A stretch of DNA of 64,000 bases from Eledone cirrhosa. Lineage: Eukaryota. The notes below the pieces were generated by a model. It was given only the letters and a program-made list of their open reading frames with translations, did not search any database and had not been told where the DNA came from. Position 1 is the first letter of the stretch, and every line of letters begins with the position of its first letter. This document shows, in pieces, positions 54,060-64,000 of the stretch. The position numbers and the translations under genes were made by a program. The stretch is taken from positions 108,500,001 through 108,564,000 of the forward strand of contig OZ024740.1 of the NCBI GenBank assembly GCA_964016885.1. Reading direction: 5' to 3'.

Positions 54060-55270
54060 GGGCACCATGAATGAGCCTATTGGTGAGCGCCACAATTGCA
54101 CTCAGAAGGCGGCGCCCGGCCCCAGCAGAGAAGGGGGATGTCAACTCCTTGAGGTGGCCTGGTCGGAGACCATCAACACCTCCGCAGCTGCTAACTGGGA
54201 AGGACTTGATAGCGGACATGATATCTGCATCAGTAGCCACAAGGAGCAGGTGGGGGTCGGGTGGGGGTATGGGTCTGAGATCAGTGGGTGGCTCAGGGTT
54301 TTTGAGCCGCAGAGCAGCCAGGATTTCCTCGGTGGGTTGGAGGACAGTGTCCTCTGAGGCAACAACTCTGACTGCGGCCGAGACATCACCCATGATAAGC
54401 TTTGCGTTTACCTGGTCACGCAAACGCTTGGCGCTGGCCTTGGGGGTGGAGGGTAGGGGGTACCTGAGGGTGGGGTGTGTGGCGTCCCTGGGCACGCTTG
54501 GAATGGGCGCTCGCCCAAATGACGAGACATTGGCTTTGACGAAGGCTGCTGCTGACCGGCCGCCCCGGTCAGCGCCAGAGCTGGGGAGGCCGAGGGCGAG
54601 TGGGGCGAAATAGAACAGCCGCTCCCAGTCACTGGCTCGATTGGAGTCCAGAGCGCTCTCAATCGAGGAAGCGAGGGCATCGGCCACCGGCACCCGTGCC
54701 GCTCTCGGGATCCTGAGTGGGATCTTCCGGAGCCGCCTGAGCCGAGCGATGTTGACCAGCGAGGCTCTGGCGTCAGGCAAGCTCGCTGTCCCATCTGGTG
54801 GTGTGCCAGACGGCCGTGGCTGGGAAGACGTGGGGGAAGAGGCAGCTCCTGCACCTCCACGCTGCGAGGGCATTGAAAGCTCGACGAGTCAAGCCAACGC
54901 AGGTGAGGTGGTGGAGGAAGCAGCCGCACCCCAAACAGTTCCTACCCCTCTTCCGTTTGTTAGTAGTGCCGCAAGTGCTGCAGGTGTCTATTTGGAGGGG
55001 TGGGGGATGGGGCGTGGGGTCGGGGACTGGGGCACCGAGCGGCATCAGGGGTGGGTGGCTGGTGTGTGTGGTTGGAAGAGAAAGTACTGGTAAGAGGGCA
55101 GCATAGCTCACCTATATATATGGAGGTGCCAGAAAACGAGAGCGAAAGAGGGCTGCATGGAGGGGGAGACACAGGAAGGTAGAATGGCAGTAAATGAATG
55201 AGTGAATGGATGGATGTACACAAAAATAGGGGGGCGGGGGGGACAAGGGTTGTTCCCAGCGGAAAGACCC
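54060..55270 (-). mobile_element. CRE-like 5' fragment: PHD finger plus pre-RT domain
   Basis: CSTC..CLGC..HLTC..WRCRSC, then RIPRAAR, WERLFYF, GDVSAAVR, IKSFP..GGVDGLRPGHL. Confidence 0.85.
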
Positions 55271-55940
55271 AGAATTCAGCACGCACACATGCGAGCAACT
55301 GAGCAGTTTGTCAAAGACGATATTCTCAATGGACGTGCTTACAATATTTGAATATAACTGAACCGTCGTGTCATTTAATTTGAAAAGTGGAGCAAAGTAA
55401 AAGGAAAATAGTGAATTTGGAGTGTCAATCTCTTGTGATTTTTTTTTTTTTTTTTCCAATACCGGACTTACAGTTTTCCAGGATTTATACTCATTTTTTT
55501 TTTTTTTTTTTTTCTTCAAAAGGATGGAGGCGTTTTATCTCCTCATGAAACTGACATTACTTAATGATGTTCGTCATCTATGGCTTATTCATATGTACTA
55601 TTTCACTGGCCTTGTGCCAAAAGTAGAAACAATTATTTCATAACTTTATAGAACTATTAGAATGTTTGTGCAGTGTTCTGTGTCCAGCCAGGTTTGTACA
55701 ACAGGTAAGAAAAATGATGATTCGGTGACGGTTTCTTCTAATAGGAGCCTCTTCCACCTCGGAAGATCGAAGTGTGTTTTCTTGTCTTCTTCAATACTTT
55801 CATAAACGGCTTCGGAGATTTAAAACTTATGTTTCAATTGGTGCTTCCATTTCCACACGGTTCTATTGTCTTATTTACAAAAATATTTATTTCTATATAT
55901 TTCTTTATTTATTTCTCTTCTTTTAGTATAATATAGCAAG

Positions 55941-57859
55941 TTGTCACCACTGGATGAGGAGTTTAGTCCGGTCCAACTGGGTCTCGGCGTGTCCGGTGGC
56001 TGTGAGGGAGCCTCTCATGCAATCAGGCAGTTCTTCAGCAGCTGCCCATCGGTACCGGCATCCAGGGACTCCAGGCACCTCATTGTCAAGCTTGCCATAA
56101 GGAATGCCTTTAACTCTTTACGCCGGGATCATCTGCTCGAGGCCTGCCTCAGCCGAGCCCCCTCTGCCTACCCGCTGGCCTACCTGTCATATGGAGCCCC
56201 GAGCATGCTCCTAGCTGCTGATACGGTCATAACCTCGGCTACTGGGGTCCAACAGGGCGACCCATTGGGACCCCTCCTGTTCGCCCTTGGTATTGACCAC
56301 ATCGCCCGGAGTATCACGGCCCCTCTCAACGTTTGGTATCTGGATGATGCTACGTTGGGCGGGCCCGTACGGACGGTCTGCCAAGACCTTCAATCGGTGA
56401 TTGCTGCCCTGGCGGGAATCGGCCTCCAGGTCAACTCGGCCAAGTCGGAGGTGGTGAACGTCAGCCTCGATGCTGTGAGCTTTTCAGCCTCCGTCTTGGA
56501 CGTGCGGTCCATTCTCCGCCAAGTTCAGGTGACCCCCCAAAGAGCATGTCCTCATCCTCGGGTCACCGATCCACCCGCCGGCCATCCGCTCCACCATCAG
56601 GTCCAGGCTTCAACAGCTCCAGACTCTCACGAGCCGACTGGGCTTGATTGACGGCCACCCAGCTCTCTTTCTGCTGAGGAACTGCTTCGCCATGCCGAAG
56701 CTCCTCTATACACTCTGCAGCGCTCCATGCTACACCCAGACATCTCTCCTCGCTGACCTCGATACTTGTATCCGAGCAGCAGCCGAGGGGATATGCAACG
56801 TCAAGTTTGACGACATAGGGTGGCAACAGGCCACTTTACCGGTCAGGTATGGCGGCCTAGGCCGCCGGTCCCCGATCTCACTAGCTTTGCAGGCGTATCT
56901 TTCGTCGGTAACCTCGTGCCGCGTCCTCGTCAGCAGGGTTCTTCAAAACACAACAGAACCCTGTGTTCAGAGAACGTGAGGCCGCCTGTGAGACGTCAGA
57001 CCGGCTGGGACTTGGCCCAGTAGACGTCCCTCCTCTTTCTCCCCCTATTATCGTCAAGTCCCCCCAACGCACTTGGGATGCCATCCAGTGCAGCCTGGCC
57101 TCAGACAGGCTCACGCGCCAGCTCGACCAGCACCGCCTTGCTTGTTTTCGTGCGGCCTCCAAACCCCACAGTGGTGCCTGGCTCCATGCTCTGCCCTCCT
57201 TCTCCACTGGCACGCAGCTAGACAACCATAGCCTGCGAATCGGCGTTTCTCTGAGGCTCGGCCTCCGGATCTGCCAGCCACACCAATGTCGCTGCGGTTC
57301 CTTCGTGGACTCTTTCGGCCTCCACCCGCTTTCCTGTCGCCACAGTGCCGGCCGCATTCCACGCCATACTGCCCTCAACGAGGTCATTAAGCATGGCTTG
57401 GACGCTGCAGGCTTCCCTACCCAGTTCAAGCCGGTGGGGCTGGATCGAGGGGACGGCAAAAGGCCAGATTGCATGACCATCTTCCCGTTCCGCGGTGGCA
57501 AACCCCTCGTCTGGGATGCTACTTGCACCGACACTTTCTGCAGTCGCAACCTGGTGCAGTCTGCAACTGACTCAGGTTCTGCTGCACGTCGGGCTGAGGG
57601 GGCCAAACTCCTCAAATACCGGTCGCTCTCCGACAGGTTTGCGGTCGTTCCCCTGGCAGTGGAAACTTCTGGTCTCCTCGGCCCCAGGGCTACCTCCTTA
57701 CTCACCACCATAGGCGCTGAGCTGGCCAGCCGTAGGTGTGAGCCTCGCGAGTTGGAGTGGCTTTTCCAGCGCGTCTCCCTTGCCGTCCTCCGGGGAAACG
57801 CCTTCTCCATTCTGTCCGCCGGGACTGTGGATGGGCCCCATCGCGTACCAATACATTAG
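55941..57859 (+). mobile_element. CRE-clade non-LTR retrotransposon, RT + CCHC + RLE, two frameshifts
   Basis: QLGLGVSGGCEG, NAFNS, GVQQGDPLGPLLF, WYLDD, LP..GGLG, CRC-x8-H-x3-C, RH, RPD..WD, K..KY, ETSG, RGNA. Confidence 0.95.
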
Positions 57860-57959
57860 TTAAATACCATTCTTTCATCCCAGTAGAGTTAAATAAACCA
57901 GACGACACAATATGAAGTTTTCACAAAGTTAGCGCAGAACAAAATACCTGTTGATAACG

Positions 57960-58330
57960 TAATATTCCTTGTTCGATCATTATACCAAAAGCTTATAGTT
58001 TTAAGCAGACAGTTTTACTGATTTAGGTGTCATAGAAACCCTGTATTTGGATTTTACCATCAATTCCAATGGGTCCAGGTCGGTTATATATGTGTGTATA
58101 TGTAAATATATATATATGATTTTATCTTTTATTTTGTTTAACTTGTTTAGCTTGACTTGTTTTTTGGCTTAGGTAGTTAATTCCTTCTTGACCACTTTTT
58201 CAGTTTGTATGGCGTTTTAACATATTGTTTAGCTCTGGTTTTTTAACAATAGAGCGCTTGCCAGCATAACTCTGATTTTGCGTTTCGTTTCGCTTTTTCT
58301 ACCCGCCGAAATGCGATTCTCGCTTACCCT
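57960..58330. repeat. unclassified dispersed repeat family adjoining (TA)n
   Basis: Related copies at 60910-61260 (inverted) and 62935-63150. Confidence 0.65.
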
Positions 58331-58945
58331 CAATTTATCGAATGGCTTGTATTACCCGTATAGAAAGCCGAATGATACGTTTAATTACATAAGTAAGCAT
58401 TCCAACCATCCTGTCAGCATAACCAAGAACCTGGTAAGAAACGTTTCGTTGAGGCTTTCCCGTCTATCTACTAACGAGCATATTTTCAACGACCATTCCA
58501 CACATTACAATGAAGCTCTTGCTCGGAGTGGATTTGTCGATAATACGATCTATACGATCTATACGCGGATATTTTACGTCTTGATGTGGTAGCTAAGTAT
58601 ATGTTATGTTTATACCGTTACTTATTTGCATAGGTAAGTATATATTACCTGTATGTTTTGTGAAGGTACGTATACTTTCTCGTACGTATATTTGATTGTA
58701 TATGTTATGGCGTATATTTTTATATATTCTGGTACATATGCTTTTGGTTATGTGTATACGTGTGTTTTGCGTCTGTGTGAGTATGCGGGTTCGTACGTAT
58801 GTAAGGTGTGTGTATATGTGTACTTCGTGTTTTGGTCGACGTACGTCTCCGAACATTTGTGTATTTACATGTAAGTATGTGTGTGTGCGCTTGTTATATA
58901 CGTATTTATTTATTTATTTATATACGTTTATTTAATTATTTGTAT

Positions 58946-58992
<47 letters not shown>

Positions 58993-59554
58993 TACATATT
59001 TATATGTGCGTGTATTTGTATACCTATGGCGAGTGTTTTCGCGTATGCTTGTGTATGTACGTATTTGGATGCGTGTATGTATTTATTTAATTTCAATTAC
59101 CTCTGTATTTTATTTATTTATTCTTAACTCTGAAGCGGAGAATCATTCGGTTTCCTAGTTAGAATTTTAGTCTATATACCATTTACATGGTTTTGTCTTT
59201 GCGTGCAATTGTTCTCCACGCTCCACATATGACGTATTATCTTCGTTTTTTCCGTTCATTGCCAGAGAACGTCTCTATGAACCAGCTAAGAGAATATTAG
59301 TCTACGACTTCTTTTATACCATAAACGTGGTTCTGTCTTTGCGTGTAATTGTTTTTCACCGCTCCAAATAATGACGTATTATATTCGTTTTTTCCCGTTC
59401 TTTGCCACGAACCACAGTATTGTCTTCCTGTCTTTCTCCGGTTGCAACGTTTTTTGAAATATTCACTTCTGCGTTTACAGATTGACTTTGTTAGTTTCAG
59501 AAGATCCCGTTAAGGGTGAAAGCAGTGATTCTTTGCTTAAACTTTAATCTGTTA

Positions 59555-59556
<2 letters not shown>
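58325..59556 (+). mobile_element. Penelope-like element remnant (RT thumb fragment, low-complexity middle, hammerhead end)
   Basis: TLNLSNGLYYPYRKPN..SNHP..YNEALARSGF; ~130-bp tandem duplication at 59165-59410; linking the two ends into one element is inferred. Confidence 0.7.
59493..59543 (+). ncRNA. type I hammerhead, CAGAAGA core variant
   Basis: AGTTT-CAGAAGA-T-CCC-GTTAA-GGG-T-GAAA-GCA..TGC-TT-AAACT. Confidence 0.75.
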
Positions 59557-59623
<67 letters not shown>

Positions 59624-59657
59624 GTATATATATATATATACATGTGTATGTGTGCAT

Positions 59658-59731
<74 letters not shown>

Positions 59732-59732
59732 G

Positions 59733-60210
59733 ATTTATTTTCTTTTGGTCGTTTTGGAAGCCTCAACAATGTGGATGGGTAATTCTCCGGGTAACAGGAT
59801 CCGGTGGTGAAGAGGGAGATGTAAAGGAATGTAGAATGAGATGTATAGTGTGTAGAGGAACGTAGCGTAAAAAATAAAAATAATAACACGAGATAGAGTT
59901 ACCTTGGGAGAGATTTAATTGTCCCTATATTTCGTATCGCCCCCCCCCCCCGAAAAACTCCCCAGTTGATGGGTGCGAATCCGAAATATAGGGACAATTA
60001 AATCTCTCACAAGGTAACTCTAGCTCGTGTTATTATTTTTATTTTTTACGCTCTTTCCTACGTTCCTCTACACACTATACATCTCATTCTACTCTCGCTT
60101 ACATCTCTCTCTTCACCACGGGATCCTGATAACCGGAGAATTACCCATATGCATTGTTGAGGCTTCCAAAAGAAAATAAATTTTATTATTCCACAATGCT
60201 TCAATGGTCT

Positions 60211-60212
<2 letters not shown>
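59733..60212. mobile_element. fold-back unit in (TA)n with degenerate hammerhead at the centre
   Basis: ~200-bp arms; TCCC-CAGTTGA-TGG..CC-GAAA-TA-TA-GGGA at 59959-59994. Confidence 0.7.
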
Positions 60213-60266
<54 letters not shown>

Positions 60267-60310
60267 AAAATGTGGAGTGGAGGCACACGAGTTAGTATAT
60301 ATATATATAT

Positions 60311-60714
60311 ATGAAAACAGGGAGAAAGACGATTACGAGGAAGAAAAAATATTTTTTTCTCTTTTTTTGTCTCTCTCTCTTTTCTGGGTTAGAAAATGAT
60401 TAAAACGAAATGTTTCACTTCTTAAACCTTGTTTGTATATAACATTATTCTTTCTGCACCTTCTGTTTAACATGTGCGACACCACACTATCATTTGATAA
60501 TACATATAAATGCAGAAACCGGTAATAGACAATAATTAAATATATAAATAGATAAATAAATGCCATTGTTAAATATTAAACAAATCAACTAATACCTTAA
60601 CACTTCACACAAAGTAAAACATTTCGTTTTAATCATTTTCTAACCCAGAAAAAAGAGAGAGAGAGAGACAAAAAAAGGGAAAAAAATAAATCATAATCGT
60701 CTTTTTCTCCCTGT

Positions 60715-60720
<6 letters not shown>
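60311..60720. repeat. fold-back inverted repeat (~110-bp arms, ~190-bp spacer) in (TA)n
   Basis: ATGAAAACAGGGAGAAAG... / ...TCTCCCTGTTTTCAT. Confidence 0.8.
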
Positions 60721-60786
<66 letters not shown>

Positions 60787-60869
60787 ATATATATATATAT
60801 AGTGAAAAATGGAACGGGAACAAAACAGAGAGGCAGTACGAACAAAGGTTTATTAGTTTAACGCTCTTG

Positions 60870-60901
<32 letters not shown>

Positions 60902-61458
60902 TATACAAATATAAATTTAGCGAGAATCGCATTTCGGCGGGTAGAAATTAGCGAAACGCAACTTCCATATTGTGCAGACAAGCGCTCCATGGATATGAAG
61001 AAGATACCAGAGCTATAAACATAAGTTAAAATGGTCATACACGCTGAGACGATGGTTAAGAAGCCATTAACCACCATAGCCAAAAAAGCGAACAAGCTAA
61101 ACGGGTCAAACAAAATGAGATATGATTGAAATATTTACCCAGACCATCGAAGAAGATGGAATACTCCGAAATTGGGTTTCTGCAACACCTAAATCAATAA
61201 TTCTGTCTGCTTATAAAAAAAATAAGCTTTTGGTATAATGATCGAACAAGACATCGCTTTCTCAACGGGTTTTTGTTCTTCTTGCGCCAGAATCTCGTAG
61301 GTTATGAAAGCACATGCGAAATTCTAAGGGGAGAAAACCCCTATTTTGGCCAGTGAATTCAGCATGTGTAGTTATTGCAAACATTTGCAAAAACCGCACA
61401 AAACAAATTAAGCTCTCTACCGAGTTGTTTTTAAAATAAACTTAAGCGATTAATCAGT

Positions 61459-61547
<89 letters not shown>

Positions 61548-61578
61548 CAAATGGAAACTATATTTATAAAACCATATT

Positions 61579-61643
61579 TATTTCATTATACATATTTCAA
61601 GGACAGCAAAGCAAATTATGGTGCGCTTTCATCAGATAAAATA
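61579..61643 (-). ncRNA. type I hammerhead (47490 family)
   Basis: TATTTTAT-CTGATGA..GAAA-TATGTA-TA-ATGAAATA. Confidence 0.8.
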
Positions 61644-62359
61644 TAATATAGATCAGTTTTATAAACAAATATTGACATACCCTTAAAGAATGCGACCATG
61701 TCGGTTGGAAGCTCCCGTGAGCGTCCAACCGACATGGTCGCCAACAGTAATTCAGACATATAAGTGACTATTACGTCAAGATGAAAGATATTTAACGTAA
61801 GAAATGAGAAAATAATTTAATCCCAATTCAAAACAAGTCAAGACCAGAAATTTTATCCACAGATTTTGTGTAATCCCGGAAAAAAACCCAATAGAATCTT
61901 AACTCAAAATAAAATTAAGAGTAAAATCCGTCAATTTGGAAAAATCTACAAATATATATATATATATATACACACATCCTTCTGTTGCTTTATGTGTTTG
62001 AGTGTGTATATGTGTGATTGTGTGTCAGTCTGGTTTGTTTTGTGATTATGACTTACGGATTTTCCATAAATGAATTGTTGCCTGTGATGTTGGCAACTAG
62101 AAATATGAGTTGACAGGGAAACATGGCTGAGACTGATTATTATAATTGTCGTTACTAACACAAGTACAGATACATTATTAGTTTCTATATCACTGTAGCA
62201 ATGACCGTGACCCTAGCAAACAACTGAAAAGGGAATACACTTCCCACTCATCACACACACATACTATATGCATATATACAATGTTTTAATAGTAATCATT
62301 GCCTAAACCTTCGTTTCACACACACGTACACTATATATATATACATATATACATATATG

Positions 62360-62648
62360 CAGAAGTTATATTTAATTTGTTGGGATTCAACAAGCTTAAA
62401 CATTTTTATAGCTGATATAAAGCACTCAGCAATTAGTGGAGTAAATACACAATATATTAATAAATGGAAACTATATTTATAAAACCATATTTATTTTATT
62501 ATACATATTTCAAGGGCAACCAAGGCAAATTATGGTGCACTTTCATATCTGATGAAAACGCACCATAATTTGCCTTGGTTGCCCTTGAAATATGTATAAT
62601 AAAATAAATATGGTTTTATAAATATAGTTTCCATTTATTAATATATTA
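62360..62648. mobile_element. fold-back unit (47490 family) turning inside the hammerhead core
   Basis: Plus-strand CTGATGA at 62549 and GAAA at 62587; arms meet at TTTCAT-ATCTG-ATGAAA. Confidence 0.85.
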
Positions 62649-62809
62649 GAAACAATTAATATATTATATATATATATAAGTATGTATACGTACATACATA
62701 CATGTATACAGACGTACAGTAGTATGTATATATACATACATGCACACATATATATATGTACGTATGGATTTACCGAACATTTATTATAATGCTCGGTGTG
62801 TTTGTAAAC

Positions 62810-62897
62810 AAACATCCCGAATTAAGCCGTACAGTGTATAGCAACCATCGTTGCAACGATGGTTGCTATACACTGTACGGCTTAATTCGGGATGTTT
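62810..62897. repeat. perfect 88-bp palindrome with no spacer
   Basis: Centre ATCGTTG|CAACGAT between 62853 and 62854. Confidence 0.9.
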
Positions 62898-63146
62898 ATA
62901 TATATATAATTCGGGATGTTTATATATATATAATCGTTTTTATCATTTATTTTGTTTGACCTGTTTAGCTTGATTTGTTTTTTGGCTTAGGTGGTTAATG
63001 CCTTCTTGACCACTTTTTCAGTTTGTATGGCGTTTTAACATATTGTTTAGCTCTAGTTTTCTTAACTATTGGAGCGCTTGCCAGCATATCTACGATTTTG
63101 CGTTTCGTTTCGCTTTTTCTACCAGCCGAAATACGATTCTCGCTGA

Positions 63147-63230
<84 letters not shown>

Positions 63231-63246
63231 TATATATGTGTGTGTG

Positions 63247-63580
63247 TGAAGTATTTCCGTAGGAAAGGTACAGGAAAAGAGAGTGCTCTATGTAGGCTAC
63301 AGAGCTTTTTAGTTATGTAATAAACAACATAAGATAATTATTTTATTTACCAGTGGTTTCTTGAAGACAGATATTTATATCTGTCTTCAGTCGTCAGAAC
63401 GAATAAATAACATGGTGTGTTTATTAAATATGGATTTGAAATATGGTTTTCAAATCCATATTTAATAAACACACCATGTTATTTATTCGTTCTGACGACT
63501 GAAGACAGATATAAATATCTGTCTTCAAGAAACCACTGGTAAATGATATAATTATCTTATGTTGCTTATTACATAACTAT
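63247..63580. ncRNA. fold-back unit with complete hammerheads on both strands (minus 63343-63402, plus 63487-63546)
   Basis: TCGTT-CTGACGA-C-TGAAGACAGATAT-AA-ATATCTGTCTTCA-A-GAAA-CCA-C-TGG-TA-AATGA. Confidence 0.9.
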
Positions 63581-63589
63581 ATATATATA

Positions 63590-63883
63590 AACAATGGGTT
63601 ATTTAATTTGTTGAATTTTCAACAAATTTAATTTATAACATATTAAAAGCACTCAACAGTCTTCTTCTGGAGTATAATATCAATAATATTAATAAATGGA
63701 AACTATCTTTATAAAAACCATATTTATTTTATTATATATATTTCAAGGGTACCAATATTTTGGTACGCGCTCATCAGATAAAATACAAAATTTGGTTTAC
63801 AGATAGTGACATATTCAGATATTGCTACCCTTGAAATATATATAATAAAATAAATATGGTTTTTATAAAGATAGTTTCCATTT
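63590..63883 (-). mobile_element. fold-back unit (47490 family) with hammerhead at 63727-63783
   Basis: TTTTAT-CTGATGA-GCGC-GTACCAA-AATA-TTGGTAC-CCTT-GAAA-TATATA-TA-ATAAAA. Confidence 0.8.
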
Positions 63884-64000
63884 GTGGATTGGCAGTATCG
63901 GTAGAGGGTCGGACGCCATGCTTTGACGCAGAGAGTTACGCCCCTTGCCATTCTGAGTTCAAATCCCGTCGAGGTTATATTTGCCTTTCATCCTTACGGG

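Noticed and set aside
55140-55280. HDV-like ribozyme at the CRE 5' end
   Set aside because: I could not build the nested double pseudoknot by eye; an Infernal or RNArobo search would be needed.
56881-57810. 309-aa antisense ORF and similar overlapping ORFs in CRE and RTE copies
   Set aside because: They are shadow frames of GC-rich coding sequence with no motifs.

Overview
AT-rich, microsatellite-rich animal genomic DNA. The SINE/RTE/MITE repertoire suggests an octopus or other coleoid cephalopod (inference). The only host gene I can recognise is the last coding exon of PSMG4 (15850-15968, +). The rest is transposon-derived: RTE LINEs with a PHD-type finger inside the RT, tRNA-derived SINEs, mariner/Tigger/hAT/piggyBac-type MITEs, Helitron-like elements and minisatellites. 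From about 36 kb onward there is a dense nest of CRE-clade retrotransposon pieces (one with an N-terminal PHD finger) and Penelope-like elements (PLEs). The most striking signal is an RNA-structure system tied to the PLEs. More than 15 type I hammerhead ribozyme motifs from several unrelated sequence families can be read directly, including a U3:A8 compensatory core variant, very long stem II insertions and head-to-head pairs on both strands. Many lie in short non-coding fold-back units inserted in (TA)n. Across these families a covarying bulged hairpin (RCTC-stem-loop-stem-NN-GAGY, about 15 copies) sits 30-70 nt from the 3' end. In at least nine fold-backs the inverted arm stops just before it, suggesting a conserved RT-recognition or priming signal. 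All folds were done by eye; ribozyme activity and novelty are untested.
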